This document shows, piece after piece, positions 42,343-56,805 of a stretch of DNA of 64,000 bases (position 1 is its first letter; each line of letters begins with the position of its first letter). Origin of the DNA: the human T2T-CHM13v2.0 reference genome, Homo sapiens. Where the stretch lies: NCBI RefSeq assembly GCF_009914755.1, contig NC_060936.1; one strand, 5' to 3'. The notes below the pieces were generated by a model that made no database searches, was not told the origin of the DNA, and was given only the letters and a program-made list of their open reading frames with translations. The position numbers and the translations under genes were made by a program.

Positions 42343-42662
42343 GGCTGGGCACAGTGGCTCACGCCGGTAATCCCAGCATTTTGGGAGGCCAAAGTGGGCA
42401 GATCTCCTGAGGTCAGGAGTTTGAGACCAGCCTGACCAACATGGAGAAACCCTGTCTCTACTAAAAATACAAAATTAGCCAGGTGTGGTGGCACATGCCT
42501 GTAATCCCAGCTACTCAGTTAGGATGAAGCAGGAGAATCGCTTGAACTGGGGTGCAGAGGTTGCGGTGAGCCAAGATTGTGCCACTGCATTCTAGCCTGG
42601 GCAACAACAGTGAAACTCTGTCTCAAAAAAAAAAAAAAAAAGAAGAAAAGAAACGAAAAGAA
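42343..42662 (+). mobile_element. AluSp/Sq-like
   Basis: gaccaacatggagaaacc; TSD aagaaactgaaatgca. Confidence 0.9.
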
Positions 42663-42855
42663 AAGAAACTGAAATGCAGTTAATTGATCTCAAATCATTC
42701 TGTATGTTTTGAAGATGCCATTTTGCTCTTAATCTATAGTCAGCTCTTTCTCTTGCTCTTCTGCTAGTGATTAAAGGGTATGTTGTTTTTAGAAATAATT
42801 CTGTAAAATTCAATTAAATCCTTATATTCTATTAAAAAAATTCAGAGTGTGTTTT

Positions 42856-43338
42856 GTGGTAGTCTTCCCAAATACAAAAATGTCTAAGTCCTAATCCCTG
42901 GAACCTATGAATGTTGCCTTATATGTCAAATGGGTCTTTATATATATGATTAAAGTAAAGACCTCGAGATGGGGAGGTTATCTTGGATTATCCAGATGGA
43001 CCCAATGTCATCACCAGGTCCTTTTAAGAGGGACCCAGAAGGGTCAGAGTCAAAGAAGATGTAACCATGGAAGTAGAGATTGGAGTGGTGCTCTTTGAAG
43101 ATGAAGAAGGAGACCACAAGCTAAGGAATACAGGCTGCCACCAGCAATTGGAAGAGTCAAAGTAATGGATTATGCCCTCAGGCCTCTAGAAGGAACCACC
43201 AGTCTTGATCACCCCTTGACTTTAGCCCAGTGAAGCAGAGGACTTCTGACTTCTAGAACTGTAAGAGAATAAATTTGTGTAGTTTTAAGCCACAAAGTTT
43301 GTGGTAATTTGTTACAGCAGCAACAGAAAATGAATACA
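42856..43338 (+). mobile_element. MLT1D-like MaLR LTR
   Basis: gtcctaatccctggaacctatgaatg...gtaatttgttacagcagcaacagaaaatgaataca. Confidence 0.85.
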
Positions 43339-44279
43339 GGGTGTTATTGACACATCCTCTCATCTGGTTCTTCATCCTTTCCATGCACAGGGTTTTACAG
43401 CCAGGCCTGTGGTCTACCAAGAATGTTGTTCTTCTCAGAGAAGACTAGAAAAGCTCTGCCCAGACATCGGAGACCATTTCCATCAATCTCTTTCCTGGCT
43501 GCCATATGTCCACCTGGAACCAATGAGAGAGACAACTGTACAGAGACTTTTTGTTTTTCATTTTAGTGTTGTTCTAAGAAGTTACCAAAATACATCATGA
43601 AATTATCGCAATTAAGTTTACCCAAAAGCTACGATGTACACTATTTTCAGCCCATCTATTCCCATCTCCAGCCATGCCTGGCTACATTTTCCTGTAAAGC
43701 TCAACAGCTAGAATGTGCATCAGATAATAGTGCTAAATGGTTAAAATAGAATATGGCCAGGGTTACAAAAAGCATCCACTTTGCCTGCATACACCCCTGC
43801 AAAATTCAGCTCCACAGATTTTTCCTCTTTTGTTACCACTCCAGCAATCCCATGAGACAGGCAGAAGTTGTCTAGCCCCAGAGGACCCATGAGATTACAT
43901 GACATCTCCAAGATCTTAGCAAGAGTAAAATCTAAGTCAAGGACTCACATTCCTGATTAGCTGAGGACTCCAGCTTTGCACCTGTGGCTTGGAGCAGGCA
44001 TGCACACACAGGCGGAATAGGTAATTTTAGCAGTGCTGCTACCAGAAGAAATTCAACATCCCCTGCTGGATCTAGCCTGCAGTGCCCTGGTTAGAACTTG
44101 ATCCTCACAGCTAAGGCTTGAGTCCTTGTAATGCAAATACCCAGGGCATCCATGCTCCCTCCGATCCCAGCACCTACACCTTGTAGTCAGGAAGCCAGTT
44201 ATTTCAGGACTCGGACGAATGCTGCACCTGATCCTCCTCAGGCTTCTGAGAAAGTCCTCGGTTCCCAGTAATGACTGCC

Positions 44280-45775
44280 GTCCTCTCAGCCAGGCGATAC
44301 CTGGTTCTCATCCAAGAATTGGCCACTGCACTGGAGATAAATTGTTTGGGGATGACTTAAAGTTTGAGGATTGGGAGGAGACGTTGTGTTTGAATCCTGC
44401 CTAGAAGGAACTTTCCAGAGACAAGATGCTGGAGAATCACAAGACCTGAGTCTCACTGGCATTTCCAACTGCCCCAATGTGATTTCTAAATTGCGAGAAC
44501 TCTGGGTCTTGCTTTCCTGAAGACCTAGGAAGAGTTTCTCATACTGACCCAACCAAGCTGTGATGTTATTAGCATTTTCTACCCACTGTGTCAGATAACT
44601 ACACCAAGACCAGCAAGGAGCCATTGGCTTCAGAATGTGAGCCTATGCAGCAGCAGAAGGGTGTAAGACCTTCAGAGAGTCCCTTGAGGATAGAGGGTAC
44701 TTGGAAAGACAGCAGAAGGGGAAGAGAAGGAAAGACCCCTTCCTTGGGCATTGCTTCCACCTGAGTAGAAATCAGGCAAGGAAAATCCTCACCAGAGGGA
44801 GAGTATATAAAACAAAAAGTTGGAGAAAAATCTCAGCATTCTGAAAGGAGCACTCTATAAGAATTTTAAATGTAGATCCTCAACTAAAAGCATCAAAATT
44901 TGGGAAGGTGAATAAATCGTATGTGTGTAATGAGTGTGGAAAGTCATTCCAGAAAAAAAAAAAAACACACCATAAAATGCATATGAAAATACATACCTAC
45001 TTGAGTTATGAGGGTGGGAAAGCTTTATTTATTTATTTATTTTTTGGAGAGGGGGATGGAGTCTCACTCTGTTGCCCAGTCTGGAGCACAGTGGCACCAT
45101 CTCTGCTCACTGCAACCTCCGCTTCCTGGGTTCAAGCGATTCTCGTGCCTCAGCCTCCTCAAGCAGCTAGGACTACAGGCATGTGCCACCATGCCCAACT
45201 AATTTTTATATTTTTAGTAGTGACAGAGTTTCGCCACGTTGGCCAGGCTGGTCTTGAACTTTTGACCTCAAGTGATCTGCCCGCCTCAGCCTCTCCAAAT
45301 GCTGGGATTACACTGTGCCCGACCAGGGTGGGAAAGCTTTTATAAGAGCTCAGTTCTCACCTTTAAAAAATATAAACTGGGGGTGACCATTTAAATGTAA
45401 TCACTATGGAAAACCCTTTGGGCAGAACCCTGACCTTATTGAACATTAGAGAATTCTTACCACGGAGAAACCATATAAATATGTGAATGGGAAAAACAGT
45501 TAACTACGAGTCACACCTTATTTAACATGAGGAACTTGATGGTGGAGAGAGCTTATTCTTGTAAAGAGGGTGCAGTCCTACCAACCTTAGATAGGTCACA
45601 GGCAAATCCACATGTGCTCTGGGACATAAAATTATGCATTACTATATATTGTAGCAGACACCACAAAATCAAACCTCTAGAAATACAGTCATTGTGGGAA
45701 ATCCTTTTTTTGGGAGTTCAAATTTTACTACATATCAGATTATATTAAGGTGACGGTCATTGTGAGAAAATTTCT
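44280..45775 (+). pseudogene. Processed (intronless) KRAB-C2H2 zinc finger pseudogene, interrupted by an Alu
   Basis: 44357-44510 translates LKFEDWEETLCLNPA*KELSRDKMLENHKT*VSLAFP/PNVISKLRELWV, i.e. KRAB-A joined directly to KRAB-B. Degenerate fingers follow: [10 protein letters not shown]...H (44919-), YEGGKAF, FKCNHYGKPFGQNPDLIEH*RILTTEKPYKY (45390-45483), HCGKSF (~45690). Multiple stops and frameshifts. Confidence 0.85.
45027..45324 (-). mobile_element. Alu (Jb/Sz-like) inserted in a zinc finger
   Basis: 16-bp TSD agggtgggaaagcttt at 45011-45026 / 45325-45340. Confidence 0.9.
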
Positions 45776-45807
45776 TTTTAAGGATACTTGCATACGGCTT
45801 ACACGGG

Positions 45808-45829
45808 AGATAGACAGATGATAGATGAC

Positions 45830-45874
<45 letters not shown>

Positions 45875-45884
45875 TAGATATAGA
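45808..45884 (+). repeat. (GATA)n microsatellite
   Basis: Direct inspection; lies at the Alu tail. Confidence 0.95.
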
Positions 45885-46188
<304 letters not shown>

Positions 46189-46204
46189 TAATAAAATATG
46201 CAGA

Positions 46205-46507
46205 TGTTAAAAGACACACTTAGGTACAATAAAACTTTAATGAGTTTATTTGAGCATTCAGTGATTCGTAATTCAGTCAGCACCAGACAGGAAGCAGTTT
46301 GACATTTCACCTAGGGGGCAAGAGGGGAAACTTTTATGAGGTGTAGTGGAAAGTCCTAGTTAGAGGTTAGTTGGTGGATTTTCTGATTCGTTAAGCTTAA
46401 GTTTCCTTTTAGTTTTACATTAAGTTTGGGCTAAGGTTTTCTTAAGTAAGAACCTGAGGTACTGAGGCTATCTCAGACTAATGGCCTCCCAGTTAATTTA
46501 TTTAACA
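46205..46507 (-). mobile_element. MER93-like ERV1 LTR
   Basis: Sense start tgttaaataaattaactgggaggccattagtctgag. Confidence 0.65.
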
Positions 46508-47604
46508 TGGGAAAGAGAGAGCAAGAAGGAAAGAATAGGAAGGAAGGAAAGAAGGAAGGAAGGAAGTGGGGAAGGAAAGAAAGAAGGAAGGGATGGAGAG
46601 AAAACCTTTGGGTAAAATAAAGCTCAAAGGTTTTTTTTAGTCCGAAGATCCCACAAGCAAATTCTGACAAGGAAAAACATCAGAATTCATGGGCATGGGA
46701 GCGTTGCAGGAGGAAGAAGGATGAGAAGCAGGGATGCTGGGTCATCCCCTCTCACATTTAGGGGTCTCTGAAAGAGAGGCAACTGCAGACCAGGCCAGCA
46801 CTGAGCCAATAACCAACTCCCTGCTGTGAGCCTTGCCAATGTGTTGCCCCTGTGGCCGCCACTCCCCACCTCACATACCCACACACTGGCAGTGGGTGCT
46901 TCCCAGCAAAAGCACAGGGGGCCCAGAAGTCAGCCATGACAACATCGCCTTGTTCTAACTAGACTCGAGGGCTGAAGCCAGTGACGTTCAAGGGATGTGG
47001 GTTTTCTGAGGTCTGGCGAGGAACCCTGGCAGTGTCTGTCTCTGTCACCGTGTTTGGAAGAAGGCTAATTGTTCATCCCAGGCCAGTGTCCAGCGAAGCT
47101 GGATCAGTTTCCTCTCCTTCCACTCCCATCTACATGCTAGGAGGGGCTGGGTGCATTGTGACCAGCCAGGGCACGGATTTGGCCCTCCCTGCAGAGCCTG
47201 CTTCTGTTCCTTCTCCCTTTCCATCTCCCAGAGTTCTCACCTACCTCCCACCCACCTCCTTGAGATCCGGTTCTCTAATAAAGCTAGTCGGATGAATAAG
47301 CCAAGGCTCACAGAGGGCTATTTTGGCAAGCATACACCTATGCTTAGGAGGATCCCCCAACAAATCACTAAAATAGTCAGACCTCAACTGGGCTAGAATG
47401 CCAGGAGGGTCCAATCAGAACTCCTAGCTCTGCTACACATAAGAAGAGTTAGATGAGTTTTCTCCAATACTCAGATGCCTCATCTGTTAAACAGGCATAG
47501 CAATGCCTTCCTCCCAGGGTTTTATGAGAACCAGGAAAGATAGTGTCATCGTGCTTTAGTTCAGTGTGTGGCACAAAAGGAGGGCACTTCAAAGCAGTAG
47601 TGGA

Positions 47605-47893
47605 GGCTGGGTGCGGTGGCTCAAGCCTGTAATCCCAGCACTTTGGGAGGAAGAGGTGGTCGGATCACCTGAGGTCAGGAGTTCGAAACCAGACTGGCCA
47701 ATATGGCAAAACCCCATCTCTACTAAAAATACAAAAATGTATCAAGTGTGGTGGCACGTGCCTGTAATCCCAGTTACTCGGGAGGCTGAGACAGGAGAAT
47801 TGCTTGAACCAGGAGGCGGAGGTTGCAGTGAGCCAAGATCACACCACTGCACTCCAGCCTGGGCAACAGAGCAAGACCCCATCTCAAAAAAAA
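47605..47893 (+). mobile_element. AluSx-like at the end of a MIR
   Basis: Full Alu; TSD agcagtagtg. Confidence 0.9.
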
Positions 47894-49743
47894 AGAGCAG
47901 TAGTGAGCCGAACAAAGACATACAAATGTGTAGTTTAAAACTATATTTATAATAATAGAATCAGCAACACCAATGAAGTATACAGCATTACTAATATTGT
48001 CCTCAAGTAGAAATTTTAGTCACTGAGGTAGAGGAAGTAGAAAACTTATTTTAGAGCCTGTGGCACTTGGTCCCCAGCTGTGAGTAAAACCTATCCTATT
48101 TCAAACTATCATATGTCTTTGGGTCTCTAAATAGTCCCCAAAGTGAAGAACATGCAGTGTAGTGTTTCCTAAAAGAAAGGTACTACATTGTCCATATCGT
48201 TTTTTTCAAAAATCAATTTGCCTAGGCCCTCGTTGACTTGTCAATTTGTTATTTTGCCAGCAGAATATATAATTTCTTTTTATAACCTGACCTTATTTTG
48301 CAGTACTGTCCTAAGGAAATGTGAAAATACTCATCGTACAAAAGAAAGAGAAATAGCCATCCAGGGCAAGATAAGAAAGAGCAGAGGGACTCAAGTCAGG
48401 GCAAAGCAATGAGACTGAAAGAGGAGGGAGGAGAGGGTAAGGAAATGAACAAGCAAATACTCTGGAAGCCAGCCAAGTCCCAGATGCGAACTCCTGGTGA
48501 GTCTGTCAGTCCACAGATTGTGCCGTTTCATTTGCATTTCTATTTCTTCTTAAGGCAATGATGTATATTTCATTTCATCTTTTATTTTGTTTATGATTTA
48601 ATTATGAGAAGATAAGGAATCTAGGCACGAAGGAAGTTATTCTTTCCCCCCAAGTGCTACATCTGTTAGAGGTTGGATATAAGTGAATTAATTGCCAAAA
48701 ATATCTGAGGGGGAAGCCACGTTTGCTCTTCAGTTTCATTACCAGGGATTGCCAGAGCTTCATTCCAACATCCCATCCTTGTTATTGAAAAACAAGTACT
48801 TACCAGTAAAGGGTGCCAACACTTAAACAATGAAGAGATGGTTTAATCAGACAGGATTCTTCTTCTACTCCCAAATATCATTGCTTCCACAATGTAGGAG
48901 TCTACTTATGAGTGTTCAAGTCACGCACACACACACGCATGTGCACACATCCACAAATATACTGTACTGGCTCAGTAAACATTTACTCCACTGCTGTTGA
49001 ATTATTAAATATTGAATAAATACACAGGTAATTTAGTACTTTTGATGAAAAGGCAATTTATCCAACAAATATATTTTGTTAAGCTCTCTCTGGTTTAACG
49101 TAATGGTGGAATTCCCTAGGAACATAGGAATTTTTCTTGCTTTCAAGAAAATTCCAGGGGCAGCTCATCAGAAACAACCACAATAAAAGTGTGACAGGTC
49201 AAAAAGTATTAGTATGTGCACTGGTACTAACTGGATTGTGTGCTGCTTTTGTTTCCCCTTTTACAGTCAAAGAGAATTTTCCAAGAACCAGCCCCACCAC
49301 CTCCCTACCTACCTTTGCCACCTTTTTCCTTTCTCAGGAAAATTCCCTCTTCCCCGGTTACTTGAACTTTTGTAACACCAACTGAGGGGAAGGGTGAGGG
49401 GAGGAGAAAGACTGAAGAGGCAGGGGACCAAGGGGAGGACGTGGGCCTAGAGTCTGAGTGAATCACATCCCGAGGTGAGTGTAGGTTGTAGAGGAAGAGA
49501 TGGGGAAAAAGAGGGGATTTTCCTCTGAGATGCCACATGATGTTCATTTCACCCTGTAGTCTCACCGTGCCCCTCCATAGAGTTAAAAGCCAACCTCATG
49601 CTAGGAATTCCTAGCATTTTTAACTCAGGCTTTGACTATACTCCAGAGCTCCAGATCCACTTGGACTTTGTTTAAGAAACATCTCAAATTTACCTTGTCC
49701 AAAACAAAGCATTTGTTTAGCACCCCTTAAAAACGTGTTTCTC

Positions 49744-50037
49744 GGCAGGGCGCAGTGGCTCACGCCTGTAATCCCAGCACCTTGGGAGGCCGAGGCGGGT
49801 GGATCACAAGGTCAGGAAATCGAGACCATCCTGACTAACACGGTGAAACCCCGTCTCTACTAAAACTACAAAAAAATAGCTAGGGGTGGAGGTGGGCGCC
49901 TGTAGTCCCAGCTACTCAGGAAGCTGAGGCAGGAGAATGGCGTGAACCCGGGAGGCGGAGCTTGTAGTGAGCCGAGATCAAGCCACTGCACTCCAGTCTG
50001 GGCTACAGAGTGAGACTCTGTCTCAAAAAAAAACACA
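49744..50037 (+). mobile_element. AluY within L2
   Basis: gagaatggcgtgaacccgggaggcggagctt. Confidence 0.95.
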
Positions 50038-50229
50038 AAGACCTGAAGAGTCATCCTTGATTTTTCTCTCTACACTTGTAATAACTCCTTCAGTGAGTGC
50101 TGTCAGTGTACTTCCAAATACAGTCGAAATGACCCCGGGGAGTGGGGGTGGGAATTCTATATCAGGAGTATCAAAGTGTGGAACTTAGTAAAGTCCAAAT
50201 CTGGTAGGCCTCACTCTAGTCTTTCTTCT

Positions 50230-50515
50230 TAATTTTTTTTAAATCAATACATTGTAACTGTACATAGTTATGGGATACAATTTGATATTTCCATACATCT
50301 ATGTTGTATAATGATCAAATTGGCATTTAGCATATCCATTACCTTGTGAATTTATCCTTTCTTAGTGGTAAGGACATCCAAAAGTGTCTCTTCTAGCTAT
50401 TTTGTAATATACAATAATTTACTCTTAACCATAGTCATCTGAATGTGCACCAGAACTTATCCCTCCTCTCTAATTGTAACTTTGTGCGAGTTAACCAACT
50501 TCTTCCTATCCTCCC
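50230..50515 (-). mobile_element. L1MA 3' end
   Basis: ctcttctagctattttgtaatatacaata. Confidence 0.75.
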
Positions 50516-50639
50516 TGCTCCAGTCTTTCTCACCACCCTGGTGGCACTGCTGCAGGGCCAAGGTCATTGCCTGTCTGGACCCCATGTCTAGCAGTCTTCT
50601 GAATTAAATGCCTATCCTCCCTTGCCCTTGGTCCACAAC

Positions 50640-50960
50640 TTTATCTTCACAAATATACTATTGAGCAAAAGAGTCCAGACACAAAAGAGGACATATTATA
50701 TGACTCTATTCATGTAAATTTCAAAAACAGGCAAAGCTACTACCATTGTCGGGTGGTGATGGTGATAATGGGGGGTGGGGAGCAATTGAAAGGAGTTTCA
50801 AGGAGTTCCAGTGGCTGGTCATGTTCTGTTTCTTGATCAGACAGTGAAACACAAATGTGTTCACTTCATGAAAATTCACAAGCTATACATTTATGAGTTG
50901 TGCTCATTTCTGATTGCATGTCATACTTCAATAAAAAATTTACTTAAAATTTGAAAAAAA
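50640..50960 (+). mobile_element. L1MC/ME 3' end
   Basis: ttgagcaaaagagtccagacacaaaagag...cttcaataaaaa. Confidence 0.75.
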
Positions 50961-51105
50961 TTAAGTAATTATTTCAGGCTGAAAATGTTTGTAAACCATT
51001 AAGAACATCAAAGTGTCTGCATTTTGAAAATGTGATTTTATTCTTGGTGCCCATGGAGATTCAAAATGTACCTCTTTTAACAACAAATGAATTTTTCTCC
51101 TATAG

Positions 51106-51410
<305 letters not shown>

Positions 51411-51852
51411 CAATGACTCGTTTTTAATTCAACTAAAATAAAACTAGGAATCAATCACTGTTGAGTAATGGGGATTTGTAAAAACATCTGAAATATGAAA
51501 AATGTTACCAAAACTTGGGTAGAGACTGGGGTAGCTGTCAGGACACTTGTGACAGAAGCCAGCACTTGGCCTAGCCTTTCAGAATTACTGTGGGACTTTC
51601 ACTGAATCAGACTTCCCTTCTTTCTTAAAAGACCCATATGGGGCAACTGTATCTCACCATACATCTTCTTCTCTCTTTTTTTTTCTAGCTAAAATGGAAA
51701 GGATGGAACCCGAGATATCTTTGTCTTTGTCTTCCTTGTCTTCCTTGTTGACATTCTTTGTCTTCCTTGTTGACAGCTCCTGCAGGCATCCCCAAACTGA
51801 TTTGCTGAAGGTGAGAATCTGCCCCCTGAATCACAAAGGGTGGCTGTGCTGC

Positions 51853-52292
51853 TCACTTAGTCTGTTTTGTGTTGCTGTAACAGGATATCTGAGACCCAGT
51901 AATTTACAAAGAAAAGGGGTTCATTTAGCTCATGGTTCTGCAGGCTGGGAAGTACAAGAAGCATAGCATTAGCATCTGCTCTGGTGAGAGCCACATGGTA
52001 GGTCCAAACATGGTAGAGAAGGTCAAAGGGGAATTATGAAAAGTCAGAGCCCAATGGCATCTTGGCTTTACCACAACCTATTCTCAAGGGAAGAAATCCA
52101 TTCTCAGCAATGAACCTAGTCTGGCCAGACAAAGAATTTACTAACTAACAAAAGGGTACCAAGCCATGCATGAGGGCTCTGCCTCCATGACCAAGTACTT
52201 CCCACAGGCTTACTTCCCAACCCCGCAAGACAAGGACCAAATTTCAACATGAGTTTTGCTGGGAACAAACAAATCCTACCCAAACCATAGCA
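51853..52292 (-). mobile_element. MSTB-type MaLR LTR inside a relict exon
   Basis: ttagtctgttttgtgttgctgtaacagg...caaaccatagca; 5-bp TSD gctgc. Confidence 0.8.
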
Positions 52293-53304
52293 GCTGCCAA
52301 TGACAAAATGAAACCAAGTTTCATAGGGCCCTCTCTGCTCCACATGTAGGCAACTCTGCAGGCATTTGGAGCACCTGTTAGCATGGACTAGAAGTCTAAT
52401 TGGCCCTTTCTTCCTGTGCAGAGATCCTGGTGCAGGTGGCTCTCCCTGCTTCACCCCTAGGCATATCTTCAGGCATTTGGAGCACCTGCTCTCTTGGTTC
52501 AGCAGCCTGAGCCACCCCCACCCTTCCTGTGCATAGACTGTGGTACAGTAGGGCCCCCTCCACTGCAAGCAGATCTCCAGACATTCAAATCACCTTCTTG
52601 CTTGGTTCAGCAGCTGAAGTCACCCCACCCCTCCTGTACAGAGATCTTGGTGCAGGGGACTTTTTCTCTGCTTCATGGCCAGGGAGATCTTCAGGACCCT
52701 GGAGCACCACTCTCCTGGATTAGGAGTTTAGGCTGACACCCATCCCCATCCAGAGAACTTGGGGCTGAGGAGGTTTCCTAGCTCCATGCCTAGGCACACC
52801 TCTAGAAACTTGGTGGCAGCCCACTGGATTCTCCTTTGGCACTGGTGCTTATGCTTGCCATCAGGGGACGTGTAACTGGGCCTTCCAAGTTCGGCCCCAC
52901 CCATCTTGCCCCACCCCTCCATTCCCTGGAGCTGAGAAGAGAGCTCAGACCACTGTGCATTCCATAAATGAGCCCATTGCCTGAGGCAACAAAGAGCTCC
53001 TCTCAGTAAACAAGGATCGGGTATATACCCAGCCATGTTGGCCACAACCAGCTCTTACACATAAGTGACATCTACTGGCTTGTCTGTTTAACTGCACAGC
53101 CCCGTGTAATATCTAGAGAGTGTAGGAAGAGGGGAAGGGAAAGAAAAAGAAGAAAAGGCAATAATTTTATAGGGAAAGAAATAAAAACAAAAATCCTACC
53201 CACACAAAAATAATTACAAAAATTAGAAGTGCCAGCACTTCCAGATGAGAAGGAATCAGAGCAAGAATTCTGGAACCATGAAAAATCTGAATGTGACAAC
53301 ATCA

Positions 53305-53734
<430 letters not shown>

Positions 53735-56430
53735 TCAGCACAAGGAAACTTCTAAAGTAATCTGGGAAATGAAAGAAGAGATAAAACATCCTAAAAATAA
53801 ATCAGTCAGAGCTTCTGGAATTGAAAAACTCACTTAGGGAATTTCAAAATACAACTGAAAGTTTTATCAATAGACTGCACCAAGCAGAAGAAAGAATTTC
53901 AGAGTTTGAAGACTGGTCTTTTGAACTAACCCACTTACACAAAAATTTTGTTAAAAAGAATTTTTTAAAGATAGTCTTTGAGAAATATAGAATTATGTCA
54001 AGTGACCAAACCTATGCATTGTTGGCATTCCTGAGAGACAAGAGAAAAAGTAAACAACCTGGAAAACATATTTGAGGAAATAATTCAAGAAAATTTTCCT
54101 AATCTTGCTAGAGAGGTAGACATCTGGATATAAGAAATCCAGAGAACATCTGTGACAAACTATTCAAAATGAACATAACAAAGAAATTAAGTCACTACAC
54201 TGTCCAAGGTCAATATTAAAGAAAAAAAAATGTTAAAGGCAGCTAAAGACAGAGATCAGATCACATACAAAGGGAACCCTATCATGCTAACAGCAGACTT
54301 CTCAGTATAAACCTTACCAACCAAGATAGGCTGGTGGCCTATTTTCAGCATTCTAAAAGACAAGAAATTGTATTTCGCAGAGAAATACAAAAGACTCTCA
54401 GAGACTATTATGAACACCTCTGTGCACACAAACTAGAAAATTTAGAGGAAATGGATTAATTTCTGGAAACACACAAGGCCCCAAGATTGAATCAGGAAGA
54501 AATTGAAACACTGGACAGATCAATGTGAAGTTCCAAAATTGAATCAGTCACAAAAAAAGCCCCAGACCAGATGGATTCACAGTTGGGTGAATTCTGCCAG
54601 ATGTACAAAGAAGAGGTGGTACCAATTCTACTGAAACTATTCCAAGAAAACAAGGAGGAGGATGCCTCCCTAACTCATTCTGTGAAGCCGTCATCACCCT
54701 GATACCAAAACCTGGCAAAGACACAATGAAAAAAAGAAAACTACAGGCCAATGTCCCTGATGAACATAGACAAAAATAACTTTAACCAAATCCAACAAAA
54801 CCAAATCTAACAGCACATCAAAAAACTAATTCACAATGATCAAGTAGGCTTCATTCGTGGGATGCAAGGTTGGTTCAGCTGTGCAAATCAATAAATGTGA
54901 TTCACCATATAAACAGAATTAAAAACAAAAGCCGTATGATCATCTCAATAGACATGGAGAAAGCTTTTGATAAAAGCTAACATCCTTTAATCGTAAAAGC
55001 CCTTAACAAACTAGGCATTGAAGGAACATGCCTCAAAATAATAAGAGCCATCTATCACAAACCCACAGTCAATATCATACTGAATGGGAAAAAACTGGAA
55101 GCATTTCCCTTGAGAAAAAGAACATGACAAAGATGCCTACTCTCCTCACTGCTATTCAAAATAGCACCAGAAGTGCTAGCCAGAACAATCAGGTAAGATA
55201 AAAAAAAAAAAGACATCCAAATAGTAAAAGAAGAAGTCAAGCTATCTCTCTTTGCTGATGATATGATTCTACACCTAGAAAACCCTAAAGATTCTGCCAA
55301 AAGGGCTCTGGAACTTATAAACAACTTCAGTAAAGTTTCAGGATACAAAATCAATGTACAAAATTGGTAGCATTTCTATACACCAATAATATTCAAACTG
55401 AGAGACAAATTGAGAATGTAATTTCATTTACAGTAGCCAAAAAAAAAACCCTAAAATACCTAGGAATACATCTAACCAAAGAAGTGAAAGAGTTCTACAA
55501 GGAGAAGTACAAAATGCTACTAAAATAAATCATAGTTGACACAAACAAATTAGAAACATTTCTTACTCATTCCTTGCTCGTGGCTATTAAAGTAGCCACA
55601 CTGCCCAAAGCAATCTACAGATTCAATGCTATTTCTATCAAACTACCAAGGTCATTACTCACAGAAGTAGAAAAAAGCTGTTCTAAAATTCATATGGAAT
55701 CCCCAAAAAGCCTGACTGGCCAAAGCAAAGCAAAACTAATAAAGCCAGAGATATCATATTACCTGATTTCAAACTATACTACAAGGTTAGGCAACAGTAA
55801 CTAAAACAGCATGGTATTGGTACAAAAACAGATGCATAAATCAATGAAAAAGATTAGGGAACTCAGAAATAAAGCCACCATCTACAGCCATCTGTTCTTT
55901 GACAAAGCTGACAAAAATAAGCAACGGGTAAAAGACTTCCTATTCAGTAAATGGTGCTTGGATAGCTGGCTAGCCATATGCAGAAGAATGAAACTGGACT
56001 CCTACCTCTCACCATATACAAAAATTAACTCAAGATTGATTAAAGATTTAAATATAAGACTTCAAACTATAAGGATTCTAGAAAAAGACCTAGGAAATAT
56101 CATTCTGAACATTGGCCTTGGAAAGAATTTATGACTATGTCCTCAAAACCAATTGCAACAAAAACAAAAATTGACAAGTGGAACCCAATTAAACTAAAGA
56201 CCTTCTGCAGAGCAAAAGAAACTATCAACAGAGTAAACAGACAACCTACAGGATGGGAGAAGATATTTGCAAACTATGCATTTGACAAAGGTCTAATATC
56301 CAGAATCTATAAGGAACTTAAACAATTGAACAAACAAAAACCAAATAACCCCATTCAGAAAGACATGAACAGACACTTCTCAAAGGAAGACATACAAGTG
56401 GCCAACAAGCATGAAAAAATGGTCCACATC

Positions 56431-56805
56431 TGATATGGCTGGGCTTTGTGTCCCTACCCAAATCTCATCTTGAATTGTAATCCCTATAATCCCCACACGT
56501 CAAGGGAGAGACCACGTGGAGATAATTGAATCATGGGGGTGGTTTCCCCCATGCTGTTCTCGTGACAGTGAGTTCTCATGAAATCTGATGGCTTTATAAA
56601 GGGCTCCTCCCCCTTCACTCAGCACTTCTCCTTTCTACTGCCTTTTGAAGAAGATGCCTTGCTTCCCCTTTGCCTTCCATCATGATTGTAAGTTTCCTGG
56701 GGCATCCCCAGCCATGCTGAACTGTGAGTCAATTAAACCTCTTTCCTTTATAAATTACCCAGTCTTAGGCAGTTGTTTATAGCAGTATGAAAATGGACTG
56801 ATACA
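56431..56805 (+). mobile_element. THE1D-like solo LTR inside L1 ORF2
   Basis: tgatatggctgggctttgtgtcc...aatggactgataca; 5-bp TSD acatc. Confidence 0.9.

Noticed and set aside
43391-44280. SCAN domain upstream of the KRAB box
   Set aside because: No recognisable SCAN core (WLRPE, EQILELLVLEQFL).
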